64,000 bases of DNA from Eledone cirrhosa (lineage: Eukaryota), in contig OZ024746.1 of NCBI GenBank assembly GCA_964016885.1, forward strand, positions 86,490,001 through 86,554,000, given 5' to 3'. The translations under genes were made by a program, and so were the position numbers. Within the stretch, counting starts at the first letter, position 1. Every line of letters begins with the position of its first letter. Under the pieces are notes generated by a model, which did not search any database, was not told the origin of the DNA, and saw only the letters and a list, made by a program, of their open reading frames with translations. Shown piece after piece: positions 1-13,004 of the stretch.

Positions 1-16
1 ATATATATATATATAT

Positions 17-180
17 AACGAAGGAAGTGTGGTAAGGAACCAGGTGGACCATAACGCACCAGAGTACTCGATACTAGTAGTAGAGTGGGTAATAGGAAAA
101 GGGTCAGGACTCTGACGACAGGGCTCATAGCCGTCGAAACGGCTTGAGCTCTGCCATCGGGGTCCTGACCCTTTTCCTAT
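17..180 (-). mobile_element. (TA)n-embedded foldback element, family D
   Basis: Homologous to 23491-23662, 37231-37420, 54904-55005 and 55076-55256. Inverted arms ATAGGAAAAGGGTCAGGAC / GTCCTGACCCTTTTCCTAT, with (TA)n on both sides. Confidence 0.75.
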
Positions 181-196
181 ATATATATATATATAT

Positions 197-430
197 AGTA
201 ATAATAATAAATTTGAAGACTAAAATCCAAAGAGGGCTCGATAAGGATAAATATATATCAAATATATAAGAACCCTAGAGCAAATATTTATTAAAATAAC
301 ATTAAATTTTAAGCAAAGAATCGCTGCTTTCACCCTTGACGGGATCTTCTCAAAGAGTTTCAGAAGATCCCATTAAGGGTAAAAGCAGCGATTCTTCCGC
401 TTAAACTTTAATCTGTTATTTTAATAAATA
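197..430 (-). mobile_element. (TA)n-embedded foldback element, family C, with an HHR-like motif
   Basis: Near-identical to 63735-63932, with fragments at ~19733-19776 and 35700-35765. Arms lie at ~283-350 and 362-430. Confidence 0.75.
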
Positions 431-1073
431 TAGATACATATATATGATACATATGTATGTATATACAGGGAGTGTAGCGTGAAGTTACTGTAGGTTCACC
501 CAGGTGAACACTCAAAGTTTAGGTTCACGTCAGTAGCGAGGTTTAGGGCTAGACAGAGTGTAATATATGACATTCTGTCATTACTACAACAGAGGTCCAA
601 CGAGCTTTTGATTCCAGAGTCAGGCCAGATCGATACAGATCAAACCTGGAGCTGATCAATAGCAAAACGTGTGTCACCAATCAATAAACATAATGAAGAC
701 TTAACAAATCATCCTTGTATTATTATATTTATTATATATATATATATATATATATATATTGACTGCTATGTATTCAAATGTTGCTCTTTAATTTATCATT
801 TGTTTCATCAATTAGATCCATGATGGAAATTATTTCAGTATCACTCATTCCATTAGTTTTTTTGGGGGGGTTTTATCCAATGTGTTCTTCCTATTTATGC
901 AGTAAGGTGTGGATTAAGGGAAATTTTGCTACTAATTTTTACTGCATTCAGCCATTATGTTGAGGTTTCGTTGTTGGTTTGTTGGAAATCTCTTTGTTTA
1001 TATATATTTAAGATAGCTAACACCCCTGTTTGATATTAAAGCTAAATTTATACTCTCTTCTCTTCCTTCAAAG

Positions 1074-1174
1074 GGCCCTGTACTTTTTTGCATATGCCAA
1101 TATGAAAATGACGTTAAATACAGTATTAGCACCTGATACACCATTAGTCCACATCTTCTCTGCGTTAGCGGCAG
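1074..1174 (+). CDS. SLC25A36: SLC25A36/33-like mitochondrial pyrimidine nucleotide carrier, internal coding exon (upstream exons lie outside the window)
   Basis: Polypyrimidine tract with AG acceptor at 1072-1073 and GTAAGT donor at 1175. Encodes (R)ALYFFAYANMKMTLNTVLAPDTPLVHIFSALAA(G), matching the SLC25A33/36 segment RAIYFAAY...PDS.QVH..SAA.AG. Confidence 0.9.
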
Positions 1175-1873
1175 GTAAGTTGCTTTTCTTTTTACTTTGG
1201 TTATTTACTTTTTTTTTATATTTTTTAACATATACAAGATGTGCCATAATTATCTTCCTGTTAGGAAATGTGAATAAAAGAAACCATACTGATGTGAAAG
1301 TTGATTTCCAAAGTAAAACAATCGTGTAATTTTATATACTCTCAGGTATCAAATTATGTCCCCCTCCCTCCCTCCTTCTGCCTGTTTATTTAATTTTGGT
1401 AATCTATCTCTGGCTCTGGCGAAAATTTATTTTAATTTTCTTCATACATTAAAAATAACAAAAAAGTATATTACTACAAATCTCGTGCGTTATAAAATAA
1501 ATATGGTGTGTTGGAGTTTCAATATGTAAACTAAATGACTAATTCTGGTTTTTAAAAAAAATCAATGGAGACAACCTAGAAAAATTACTGATTCCCCCTC
1601 CCCCCCCCCCCCATTATTTGAGACCCAAGAGTAGTTCCTTATCTAATAGGTCATGAATTTAACCCACTTATTACCATATTTTAATGAGAGACACTGACTT
1701 TGATTTTAAATTAATTTTGAAAATAATCAAGAATTTGGAGAATTTAGTAATATAACTAATCAAGAATTTGGAGAATTTAGTAATATAACTAACTTTCTCA
1801 TTAAGCTGGTGTTTGGAGTATAATGTTATTAGAATCATGATTGAAGGTCATCAGATAAATATAAACACTTTAA

Positions 1874-2074
1874 CCCTTTAGCATTTAAACCGGCTGTATC
1901 CGACCAGAATCTTTTCCCTTTTTGAAACCGGACGGATACATCAGCTCACAACGTTAACATATCGTTCTTAAAATAAACAATAACATCATCAAAATGTTGT
2001 AGACTTGAGATTATGTGAGATAAAGCCTTTACCATGAATGTACAATTAGAAAGAGTAATGTAAATGCTAAAGGG
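1874..2074. mobile_element. piggyBac-type MITE
   Basis: TTAA on both sides. Terminal inverted repeats (TIRs) CCCTTTAGCATTTA / TAAATGCTAAAGGG. A partial relative lies at ~5030-5163. Confidence 0.85.
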
Positions 2075-2422
2075 TTAATATAAACAGTTTCTTATCATTG
2101 AAGCAAGGTTAATCTCAGGCATAAAAAAAGTTAAACATTTCTTGCCTCAGTTCATTTGGCCCTCAAATATAATCATCTGCCTTGGTGACATCTGCTATCG
2201 TATCTGTCTAGTTCACTACAAGTCTAACTTTATCCAAAATTAATTAATCTTGTCTAAGCAGTAATCCTTTGATATCCTAGTTTCACATTTAATCTCTCTT
2301 TTCAAGTTTTGATTTGTATTAATTTATTTATATTTAAATAAAACAAAACATAAAAATTAACTTTATTTTTATCTTTTTTTTTTATATATTTCATCTACCT
2401 TCCACCCTGTCAATTAAAACAG

Positions 2423-2489
2423 GTTTCACAGCTAGCACAGCTACAAATCCAATTTGGTTTGTCAAGACTCGTTTGCAGCTGGATCAGAA
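2423..2489 (+). CDS. SLC25A36: SLC25A36/33-like carrier, 67-bp internal exon (absent from the ORF track)
   Basis: Bounded by CAG and GTAAGT. Encodes (G)FTASTATNPIWFVKTRLQLDQ(K), containing the carrier signature in its SLC25A33/36 form (PIWxxKTRLQ). Phase is compatible with both flanking exons. Confidence 0.92.
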
Positions 2490-2664
2490 GTAAGTATTGC
2501 TTCTATTTCTAAAGTCATCTTGTATTTTTTTCTTTACTTTCCATTTAATTTGTTTGAATTCCCATTAAAAAAAAAAATTAATCAAATGAGATTTTCTTGT
2601 GCCTAAGTTGTTACAGTGTCACATCATTCGACCAGTGTTTTTTTTCTTTATTCTATTTATTGTT

Positions 2665-2816
2665 TGGCATTAGGAAGGGCATCCAGTCATAGAAACCAAG
2701 CCAAAATCGGTTCTGTGTGAGCGAAACATAGTCCTTTGATCTGGATCTCTCACAACAGGACAGTCTGTCCTACTCATGGTACCATTGAAAATGGATGTTA
2801 AACGATGATGATGATG
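2665..2816 (+). mobile_element. SINE-like repeat fragment (GGCATTAGGAAGGGCATCCAG family)
   Basis: The same motif recurs at ~3400-3530, and this copy ends in a (GAT)n tail. Confidence 0.55.
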
Positions 2817-3649
2817 TGCTTCATCGCTAACAAAGACTAAAACTTAATTCTCAATGGCTCACCTAACAAACATTTCATTACTAAGTATTATTGTTTACAT
2901 CATGGTGCTTAGGTATTCAGTTATTGCTTCTTGCTACAGTTGATGTGAGCTTAAAATTCTGACATAACTATCATGTCCAGTGATGCTTCTGAATATTTGA
3001 GAGAGTTTATACATTTGCTATTGCCCCAACCAATATATTATTGGTTATGGAGCTGAGCATTATTATCATCATCAAGCCAAAATCTACCCTGGATGAGCTA
3101 AATAAGGGTCAGTCCGTCCTACCCATGAATGATGGACACTAATCAACGAGGTTAATGATATTTATGTGTATATATATGAAATGTATATGTATGATATGTG
3201 TATGTATATTACATATATGGTATATGTATATGCATGCAAATATATTTATATGTTTATATTATACTGGTACCACAAAACATCCAGCCCACACTGTAAAGTG
3301 ATTGTGTAGGTGTCACAACGAAAAGCACCCAGCCCACACTGTAAAGTGGTTGTGTAAAAGACATGGCAAAAAGAACCCAGCACACACTGTAAATGTGATT
3401 GGCATTAGGAAGGGCATCCAGCCGTAGAAAACCAGCCAGAAACTCTCCTATATGAGTGAGACATGGTCACCCAATCCAACTTGTCTCTAAATGGGGTAAA
3501 CCCGTCTGACCCATGCTAGCGTGGAAGATACCATTATTAACATAGTTATTTTAGATCAGTTAAGAGTAAATAAGTAAAATGAAATTTATAAGAAAAAAAA
3601 ATGCAGATATCTACAACTATTGACTAAATTCTCTCTGTGGTACTTTCAG

Positions 3650-3933
3650 GAAAGACAACAGTTTGAAATGTCGTGACTGTGTTAAGAACATTTACCAACA
3701 GAATGGTGTCAGGGGTTTCTACAAAGGCATCACTGCCTCCTACTTTGGGATGACTGAGACAGTTATTCATTTTGTGATATATGAAGCTCTCAAGAGCCGG
3801 TTCCTTGCCTACAACAATCAAAAGCAGAGTGGCAGCTACACAAACAATGAACGGAAACCATCTGATTTCCTCTACTGCATGCTTTCCGGTGCCATTTCCA
3901 AGACCTGTGCTACATGCATTGCATATCCACATG
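3650..3933 (+). CDS. SLC25A36: SLC25A36/33-like carrier, penultimate coding exon
   Basis: TTTCAG acceptor and GTAAGT donor at 3934. Encodes KDNSLKCRDCVKNIYQQNGVRGFYKGITASYFGMTETVIHFVIYE...SKTCATCIAYPH. Confidence 0.95.
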
Positions 3934-4017
3934 GTAAGTTTGAAGGGAAGATAAAATACAAGCTCACCTGTTTTACAGCTTAGCTGGACAGTCTTACATT
4001 AACAAGACTGTCCAGCT

Positions 4018-4139
4018 CAGAGGTTCTCAAACCTTTTGGGCCACTGCCCTCCCCAGTGCTCCCTACCCCAATTTCCAGAGAGTCCTGCCTATATGCAAAT
4101 TGTAAATAATATATAATAGTATCACTTTGAGAACCTCCA
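4018..4139. mobile_element. hAT (Charlie-like) MITE
   Basis: TIRs CAGAGGTTCTCAAA / TTTGAGAACCTCCA with an 8-bp target-site duplication (TSD) GTCCAGCT / GTCTAGCT. Same family as 27911-29716 and 57442-58002. Confidence 0.85.
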
Positions 4140-5214
4140 GTCTAGCTGTTAAAATACTCACCAGAAATGTATGAAAGAAAACCATATTTTTTTTTCAAAG
4201 AGTGTTATGTATAATTTTATATTTAAAACACATTTGTGATGTCATAATGACTAAAAGATAAAAAAAAATAAGAAGAGAAATAGGGAAGGGCAGACGAACT
4301 CTATACCCAGGGCTGGATAGCATAACGGTGTTTGGGCTGTGCCCCATGGACAAAACTGCAATGGCCAGCGACACCCGTTGCAACTGACACCCAACCTTGT
4401 ATTGTACTTTCCTCAGACGGGCTGCTGATGTTCCGATTTTGCAGAGGAGCTTGGCGGTATGGGATCCAAGGATGCATGAGGTCTTGACTGCGACCCATGC
4501 AAAGAGGAAGTGGCTAGACAAGCTCCGGTATTGGTTTGTCTTCCTGTCCTCTGCATTGCAGGATTTGTGGTCGAAGCGACTAAGCTGAAGGCGCAGAATG
4601 TGTCACATGTGGCCTCCCAGATGAGAGATTTTACCCGTGAGTATGTGTAAAATAAATACACACGTCACTTTTCAGTGAAAATCTGACATAAAAGCATTTG
4701 TCCGATTTAAAATTATCTATGCTTGTCATAACCAATTAGGTGTGATTTCTCATGTATTTAATTATGCAAAGGTTTATGTAAATTAATTAGCCACATTTAT
4801 ATACCATGCTGACATTGTGTATTTCCTTTGCAGCATGTGTTGGCAGTTTTGATAAAGCAATGAACTAGATATTCTTCAGCTGTTTATTAGTTCTGTATTC
4901 TGAGTTCATTGGTTAATATGAAATAGTGAAAATATATTCTGAATTCAATTGTTTACACCTAATCTTTACAATTGTCCTACTTAACTAAAGAACTAAATAT
5001 ATGTATCTTGTTTAGAATGAGGTCAGTATATCCTTACATGTTAAGGTATTGTTCTCAAAATAAATAATATCCAAATCTCATAGATTTGATATTATGTAAG
5101 GTAAAGCCTTTACCATGAAAATATAATAGTAAATATAGAGTAATGTAAATGCTGAAGGGTTAATTGGGAAAACTGGCCATAAAATGCTTGTTCTTGTACT
5201 TAAATAAGGGCAAT

Positions 5215-5410
5215 GGATTGGCAGTATCAGTAGAGTTTGACACCATGCTTAGCAGCATAGAGTTACGGTCCTTTACGATCTGAGTTCAAATCCCGCCTAG
5301 GTTAATTTTGCCTTTTGTCCTTATGGGGGTCGATAAAATAAAGCACTGGGGTCGATTTAATCGACTTTCCCCTCACCCCAAATTACTGGCCTTGTGCCTA
5401 TACTAGAAAT
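5215..5410 (+). mobile_element. tRNA-derived SINE family 1 (intronic copy)
   Basis: A-box-like TGGCAGTATCAG, B-box GAGTTCAAATCCC, body GGGGTCGATAAAAT... and a CTGGCCTTGTGCC tail. Confidence 0.8.
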
Positions 5411-5480
5411 CATTATTGTACTTAATTAAGGAAATAATATTGTTTTTTTTTTTTTTTTTTCTTCATCTTTTCTTTGGCAG

Positions 5481-5677
5481 AAGTTGCACGGACAAGGTTA
5501 CGACAAGAAGGCCACAAATATACTTCCTTTTTCCAGACATTACTTCTTGTTGCTCGAGAAGAAGGTTTTTTGGCTTTATACCGTGGTCTTGGCACACAGT
5601 TCGTACGTCAGATACCTAACACAGCCATAGTGATGTCCACATACGAACTTGTTGTTTACAAGTTGTCTGACCGGTGA
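5481..5677 (+). CDS. SLC25A36: SLC25A36/33-like carrier, last coding exon with stop codon
   Basis: Poly-T tract plus CAG acceptor. Encodes (E)[20 protein letters not shown]...[33 protein letters not shown] followed by TGA. Confidence 0.95.
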
Positions 5678-6422
5678 ACTCTCTTATTTAGCAAACTGTG
5701 ATTGATAGGTCTTGTGAAATTGGCGTTTTAGCAATGCAGACGGACCAGAACGGAGAAGCTACTGGTTCTTTAATGATGCTGCAGAAGACATTTAATTTTG
5801 TTGGGACTTTTTGTAAAAGATTTTTTTCTTGGCTGTACTTTAAAAAAAAAAAAACAGACTACAGACCAAAAGTTCCAAGCGCTTTATATGAATTTTTTTT
5901 TTATGAAAAACCATCCGTAGACATGCAAAGCATCTTGTGACCATCACAATTGGTAACATAGTTGTTAATCATTGAAGTATTTAACTTTATTTTTTTTTAA
6001 TGATTTAAAAAGAAATATTTAAATCGTGTCTTTCTACATTCCTCTTTCTAAATATACTTATGTGGACCCAGGTTTGAGATTTGGGTTAAAATGTAGAATG
6101 AGACAAGGTGTCTTCTAAATGTTTCACTTCTCCTCACCACTTAGTTGCTTGTTGCACTGGGAAGCTTCATTAATTGTCCAATGGTTTCATATATATATCA
6201 TATATATAAGATATAATTATATATGTGTGTGTATATATAATATATAATATATGTATATACGTGTGTAAATATATATATAATTATATATGTAATACATTAT
6301 ATATATAATTATATATGTAATACATTATATATATATAATTATATATGTAATACATTATATATGTAATATATATATATATATATATGTAATATATTATATA
6401 TATATATAATTATATATAATAC

Positions 6423-6476
<54 letters not shown>

Positions 6477-7489
6477 TTATGAATATGGGCAATGAGGGAA
6501 ACATTTTTCTTAGAAAACATCTTTGCTAAGATGTTTATATATCTACTCTTTTCCTTTAGAAATCTATTTTAGAAGGAAGGGAGGAAAGAGAATAAGTGAA
6601 GTGAAAAAGAGAGACAGGAGTGGGTTGAGGTGCAAATATGGAGGAGGAGAGAGATAGTGTGTGTGAGAGGGAGAAAGAGAATACAATGAAGAAGAAAGAA
6701 AAACAAACAAAAAGAATAAATAATTAATGTAATTTAAACTTTAGAAGATTATTTAAAACATTTTTTTTTCTTGGTAAATGTTTCAATTTTTGAAGTTAAG
6801 GAGAAATCAAAGAAATTAATGTAGATAGGTAACCTTCTGGACGCTCCAGGCGCATTATGTTGCCGGTAGTTATCTCCCCTTAATGCATAATACAGTGTGA
6901 AGGGAGCCAAATCATAAAAAGTATTCAGCGTCCTAAAGATTAAAGAAAGTAAAAAATAAGATAAGGAAAAAAAAAATATTAACCCCCTTCCTTCCCCGTC
7001 CCTCGAAAACTGATACCAAAGAAACAAATTGATACATGTAGTTAGCAGTGTTAGAAGAGATTTGAACCAAGTCTGTCTGATGTTGAATTCAAATAGATAA
7101 CATTTATCTAGAAGATTATATAAAAAAAAACAGAGATAACAAAAATTAATGAAGTAAAATATGTATATCCTTGTTAAAGGATGTGTTGGGTGATTTATTG
7201 CGGTGTGACCCAGATTAGGATGAGATTAGACAAATCTGAGAATATCTTTAAAAAGAAAAACCCCCCAAAAAAATTAAATCTAGAAACATTTTTTTTTCTC
7301 ACCAAACAATGGCAGATATTTTTTTATTTTTTTATTTTTAAGAGAAAAAAAATTATTTATTGTTTTTGTTGTTGTTGTTGTTTAAATAACAGCTGTTGCA
7401 GTAGTAGCATTGGCTGTTGCATTGCACTGTCTCCAACGGAGACACATACATATTACATACACCATACATATACTATTTACATTTTCATA

Positions 7490-7529
<40 letters not shown>

Positions 7530-7533
<4 letters not shown>

Positions 7534-8965
7534 TAAGAGCATTTCAGGAGAGCTGTTTATTTTCATAAGTTTGCAAAATTTTTTGTATCCTTCAAAATAA
7601 TGACCCCTCACATTTACACACTTAACGCAGGTGTCTTCTCCATTTGTGGAAGACCTCCTTCAAGTTTGCAAAACTTTTTGTTTTCTTCAGAATAATGACC
7701 CCCTCACACTTAACGCAGGTGTCTTCTCCATTCGTGGAAGACCTTCAAGTTTGCAAAACTTTTTGTTTTCTTCAGAATAATGACCCCCTCACATTTTACA
7801 CACTTGTGCAGGTGTCTTCTCAATTTGTGGAAGACCTCCTTCAAGTACTTTTGCAGTCCCACCAGGAAATAGCTGATGCATCCTGTAGCTCCTATGTTGA
7901 TTTAAATCTGATTTCTCTGAGGCTGTCTTTCAGGAAGAAGTCAGAAAGAGCCAGGTTGGGGCTGTAGAGTGGGTGTTTGACCACTTTTATTCCCCTGTTG
8001 GTCAACTAAATGGTCACCAGAGTTGACTTGTGGCATGGGGAATTGACATGGTGAAACCACCACTCTCCACTGTTGTGGCCTCTTCCTCATCCTCTCTATC
8101 AACCTTTCTGAACTTCAAGGTAATACTCCTTATTGGTGGTTTGGCCCTCAGGAACCCATTCAACATGAATTAGTTTCTGAGAGTTGAAGAAAGGAATGAC
8201 CATGACCTTCTCTTGCGACCTGCTCATATTTGCCTTGAGCCTAGGGGCGAACACGTGCATCCACTGGGCACTCTGACATTTACTCTGAGTCATAGGTGAA
8301 AACCCAACTATCATCGCAGGTCTACTTAATTCAGGAAACCAGAATCAGCCTCTATTGTCAAGAATGTTAGTGAAACATTCCATACGAAACTGTCTCTGGT
8401 TGTTGGGAGAGGACCTTTGGCACAGGCTTAAGAGCTCCAGTTCTTTGATCAGAATTGTCTCCTCTGTGCCAATACTAATATCAACAGCTTCAGATGTCAT
8501 CCTCACAGTAGCTCAATGGTCTCACATCACTAACCTTCACATTTCCGCAATATTTTCCTCCTTTCGAGTGTTGTTCGTTGCTCCGGACCTGCGTTTATCT
8601 TCAACCTGTTAATTTCCTTCAGGAAATCGGTTAAACCACTAGAAATTTGCTTTGCTCATCAATTCACCACCCCCTTAGACCTCCCCCAACATTCCATAGG
8701 CTTCTTGTTTGGTTTTCTTCAGTTTAACAAAATTTGGTGGGCATTATGTTGCTCCATGTTTCCCTGCATCTTGCCACGTCTTGGCAGATTGTTGAATCGG
8801 ATCACACTATTCCACCACTTACGCCACTGTGCTCCAGCCTAGGTAGAAAGGAAGTTACCAGTTAGTCACTTTATACATTATATGTAAGTCTACTCCACCA
8901 TGAAATAGTATTCTAACTGAATGATATTTAATACCTCTCCTGAAATTTTCTCATCATTTATTGAA
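7530..8965 (-). mobile_element. Decayed mariner (Tc1/mariner) DNA transposon
   Basis: Minus-strand transposase remnant KVMVIPFFNSQKLIHVEWVPEGQTTNKEYYLEV. Degenerate TIRs ATTTCAGGAGAG / CTCTCCTGAAAT, TA flanks, and an internal ~85-bp unit repeated about three times at 7565-7846. Confidence 0.8.
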
Positions 8966-9630
8966 TATACATATATATATATATATATGTATATTATTTA
9001 CTTATGTTTTTCATGCAAAAATGCAAAGTGCGAAATACACACCTGTGTTAGAAATGTCTAGAGTATGTTATAATGTTATAAATGTGCAATAGTACACCAG
9101 ATTATTTTTTACAGGCCTAATCATTTTATAAGTGACAGATAGTATTACCAATGCAAAGACCAACGGAAACATAGTTTTCTTGGTCCAATCTAACGATCAG
9201 TTACTTTCATTTTTAGTATTAAAACTAAACTACAAAATAGGACTCAGCACGGGCATCAAATCTCATATCCATTGCTTTTCATGTGGATTTAGAACATGTT
9301 TGACATGCCCAATAATAAATATGTCTGTATATATAAGCTTAATCGATTCCTCTTTTCTACCATGCAAATCATAGGTAATTTAGCTGACACTTAATCACTA
9401 GTAAGTAAGCATCAGTAAGTTTCACTCTGGAATTCTTCTATAACTTAGTGTAACACCAAAATATGAATAGTATTTAATTGATGGAACCAGTAAATATTTA
9501 AAAATATTTGTGTGTGTGTGTATAATCTATATATATATATATATAACAAGTAAGATCCTGATGTAGATCGGGAGGTGACCATTGTAAAAACAGGTACTCC
9601 ACGTTTGTAGAGTATAGATGTATACATTTT

Positions 9631-9723
9631 ATTATAGAAATGACTTCTACAGGACTAGATGAAGATCCTGGGGATTTCTTATGAATGAAACAGTTTTAGT
9701 TTTGTAGAAGTCATTTCTGTAAT
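9631..9723 (+). mobile_element. Foldback element, family A, with a degenerate HHR
   Basis: Arms ATTATAGAAATGACTTCTACAGGACTAGA / TTTAGTTTTGTAGAAGTCATTTCTGTAAT. The GAATGAAACAGTT..TAGT core is shared with 49110-49156, 62150-62200 and 63427-63477. Confidence 0.6.
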
Positions 9724-10225
9724 GATATATATCTATTATAATGTAATATATATACATTATAATATATATATTCATGGGAAATTAATTTTGGCCATCTAAA
9801 AACACTTGAAGTCTGTTAGTTTTACATATATGCAATCTGGTCATTGTCAAATTTCATTGCATATGTGTGCGTTATATATATATATATATATATAATAGGT
9901 GTAAATCGGAGTTTTACTCTTGTACAGCAAGTAGTATTCGATTTGTTTGAGGCAATCACAAAGCACTCAATGGATCGAAGATTAAAACCATTAGGTCCAT
10001 ATATATATATAGATATACTCACATATATATAATAATACATTATGTTGGCTACTGTTTTGTTTCATACCTGAACATTAAAGCCTGTAGAATGATGAACGGG
10101 CCTGATGAATACCAAGATATGTAGAGATGAATTATAGCCAATAAAATTGATCAGTTCTGTAATATCATGTAGATGTATAGCTCTTATACTTACTTAGAAC
10201 TTTCATAATTTATTATTATGTTAAG

Positions 10226-10443
10226 GGCGGTGGATTGGCAGTATCGGTAGAGGGTCGGGCATTCTGCTTCGCGGCATACAGTTACGACCTTTTACATTCT
10301 GAGTTCAAACCCCCGCTGAGGTTAGCTTTGCCTTTCATCCTTACGGGGTCGATAAAATAAAGTACCAGTAATGGACTGGAGTCGATTAAATCGACTTTCT
10401 CCCATCCCCTGAAATTGCTGGCCTTGTGCCTAAATCAGAAACC
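10226..10443 (+). mobile_element. tRNA-derived SINE family 1, full length
   Basis: GGCGGTGGATTGGCAGTATCGGTAGAG...GAGTTCAAAC...GGGGTCGATAAAATAAAGTACCAG. About 20 further copies occur, e.g. 12140, 21777, 22190, 26343, 29073, 30690, 32205, 34235, 34465, 50210, 56700 and 57571. Confidence 0.85.
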
Positions 10444-10832
10444 GTCATTATGTTGACATTTAATCACACATGCACACATACATATATAATTCGTAAAAGT
10501 ATATTGATATATTTTTGTGTGAAAATATGTTTATGTACAGAAAAGTAGACTAGTTAGAGCTACATCTATTTGTATGTGTAAAGCTTGGAAATTTAGTTGG
10601 TTTTCTTTTTTTATATATATACATACATGTAATTATTCAGGTGTGCACATAGTCTTCCTTTTTGTCCAAATATGCCAATATATATACCTGCCAAATTCAT
10701 ATGTGCACACACTAGATTGCATTGTCTGGTTTATATGATTTTGTAATATTTACGAGATAGCGTATATGTGAAAATTTATGTTGGTGTGTGTGTCTGTTGG
10801 TATATATGTACGTTTTATGTATATTATGTCGC

Positions 10833-10865
<33 letters not shown>

Positions 10866-10923
10866 ATGTATGTATGTATTCATGTACGTTATATATATAT
10901 GTTTATACATGTGTGTGTGTGCG

Positions 10924-11098
10924 CAGATCTGCCAACCTCTAAAACCCCAAACGGGAGTTCCATGAAGAAATGTGACCCCAAAATGGGGAGATTTTACACA
11001 ATGAAAGCTATACCTACTTCCTCAAGAGAAGACATCTCTCACCCACCCCAAAGCTGGTGAGAGATTTCACTGTCGGACGTGGAGAGTTGACAGGTCTG
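10924..11098. mobile_element. hAT-like MITE
   Basis: TIRs CAGATCTGCCAACC / GAGTTGACAGGTCTG. A second copy lies at 26163-26336. Confidence 0.7.
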
Positions 11099-11129
<31 letters not shown>

Positions 11130-11429
11130 GGTTAATGCATTTACTCTCACATTCAGGTGTGTATAATGTGTAAATATATTAAATGTCTACACTGCATTCA
11201 GCCTTTGCAAAATCTGCTGTTTTGAGTGTCATTCCTACAAGAATTTATCCTGGTGTATGAAAACAATGCAGACTAAATTAATGATTATAATAAAGATAAT
11301 ACTAAGCTTGCAAGTGTCATTGGATGTAAATATTTTAATTGTTTTTGACTTGTCTGATTGTTGGAGTGGAGGATATATATAACATGTACCCACGTCCAAA
11401 CTATTTCAGAGAAGGAATGGCAATAAGAC

Positions 11430-11463
<34 letters not shown>

Positions 11464-11566
11464 GAAAAAAATAAATAAAAAAAATGAAGAAAAAATAATA
11501 AAACGTTATTGCCTTTTGGTTTTAATTCTTGAATTTTAATTTCGTTATGCATGTGAGTGTGTAGGT

Positions 11567-11898
11567 CCTTTTTTTTTTTTTTTTTTTTGTTGTTTTTTTT
11601 TTTCTTTTTACAGATTCTAATACATAATTTATTTGCGTTAATCCGTATGGTAAGCAAATGGGGTCCCTCGTGCTGGCTTCCCCACACCCTCTGCGGACAG
11701 AATGGAGAAGGCGTTTCCTCGGAGGACGGTAAGTGAAATGCGCTGGAAGAGCCATTCCAACTCGCGAGGCTCACACCTGCGGCTGGCCAGCTCAGCGCGT
11801 ATGGTGGTGAGTAGGGAGGTAGCCCTAGGGCCAAGGACAACAGAAGTCTCAACTGCCAAGGGCACGATCGCGAATCTGTCGGAGAGCGACCGGTTATG
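11567..11898 (-). mobile_element. 3' end of a CRE-like non-LTR retrotransposon with a restriction-like endonuclease (RLE) and poly(A) tail
   Basis: Encodes PLAVETSVVLGP...RELEWLFQRISLTVLRGNAFSI, followed by an A-rich tail (T-run 11567-11608 on +). Relatives lie at 18625-18722 and 31498-32015. Confidence 0.8.
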
Positions 11899-12637
11899 GT
11901 AGGATTGGTGGAATTGTCAACTCCGCAGTGGGGGTTCGTGTATAGTCACTGAGAAAATGCACCGCCCCCTATTTTAAAAATAATATTGAAATTATTGTAT
12001 ACAGTGCTCAGGTGCACTACAACTAAAAGAATCTTTTTCTTCTTGGCGCGTGGAGGAGATTGATCTCAGAACAGACTTTGCCAATTAAAATGAGCAGTTA
12101 TTTAACCAACAGTTGTACCACTGAACTACCAATATTATGGAGGGTCGGACACCATCCCTTCCAGCATAGGTACGTCCCTTTGCGTTCTGAGTTCAAATCC
12201 CGTCGAGGTTAACTTTGCCTTTCATCATTACAGGGTCGATAAAATAAAGTTCCAGTAATGTACTGGGTAATTGCTGGCCTTGTACCAAAAGTAGAAACAA
12301 TTATCGACAACATTCAATATGAGTTTTTTCTTTAATTCTTTCTTTAAACTTGTACATTATATAATCCTGAAGCTTAATGTCAGTAGCCAACCCTCCGTTT
12401 ATGAAAAATTACGAAAATCCTTGTATGGAACTGTTTCATAGATCCAGCTATGCCCTGTTTGGTTGTTGTACGCATGCGCACATGTCCAAGGAAGGAAGCT
12501 GACCATAATAATAAAACGTTATCATCTTTTGGTTTTAATTCTTGAACTTTGTTATGCTCGTGAGTGTATTATGGAACGAGGGGTAGAATTGTCAACTCCG
12601 CAGTGATGGCTCGTGTATAGTCACTGCGGAACTGCTC

Positions 12638-12905
12638 CCAGGGTCGGCGCTACCATATAGGCAATCTAGGCAGCCGCCTAGGGCACTGATTTCAGGAGAC
12701 CCATTTCTCCAAATCAACAATTTTGAAAACTAAATATATAAATTTCAGTTTTATTGAGGGTCGTTTGTTTTTTTTTATCCTTGTTTATTTCATACAGGTG
12801 CAAATAAATGTTGAATATTTAAAAAAAAAAATGTATTGGTTATAAATATTGATATTTTCCTGAGTGGGGCGCCAGTATCTAACCTTACCTAGGGTGCCGG
12901 TCCTG
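12638..12905. mobile_element. hAT-like MITE
   Basis: Termini CAGGGTCGGC / GCCGGTCCTG with subterminal CCTAGGG motifs. Confidence 0.6.
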
Positions 12906-13004
12906 ACTGCACCACCCCTATTTTTACTCGATATTATCAATAACATTCAATATAATGACTTTTTTTTCTTTAATTATTTCTTTATAATTGTATATTATAT
13001 ATAA

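Noticed and set aside
112-150. CTGACGA...GAAAC in the first family D copy as a true hammerhead
   Set aside because: Other copies read CCGACG at this position in the inverted arm, so the match arises from substitutions, and there is no NUH site with stem I.
4285-4600. GC-richer intronic island, considered as an alternative exon or LINE 5' UTR ribozyme
   Set aside because: It has no carrier homology and no fold I could verify. It is probably a repeat fragment.
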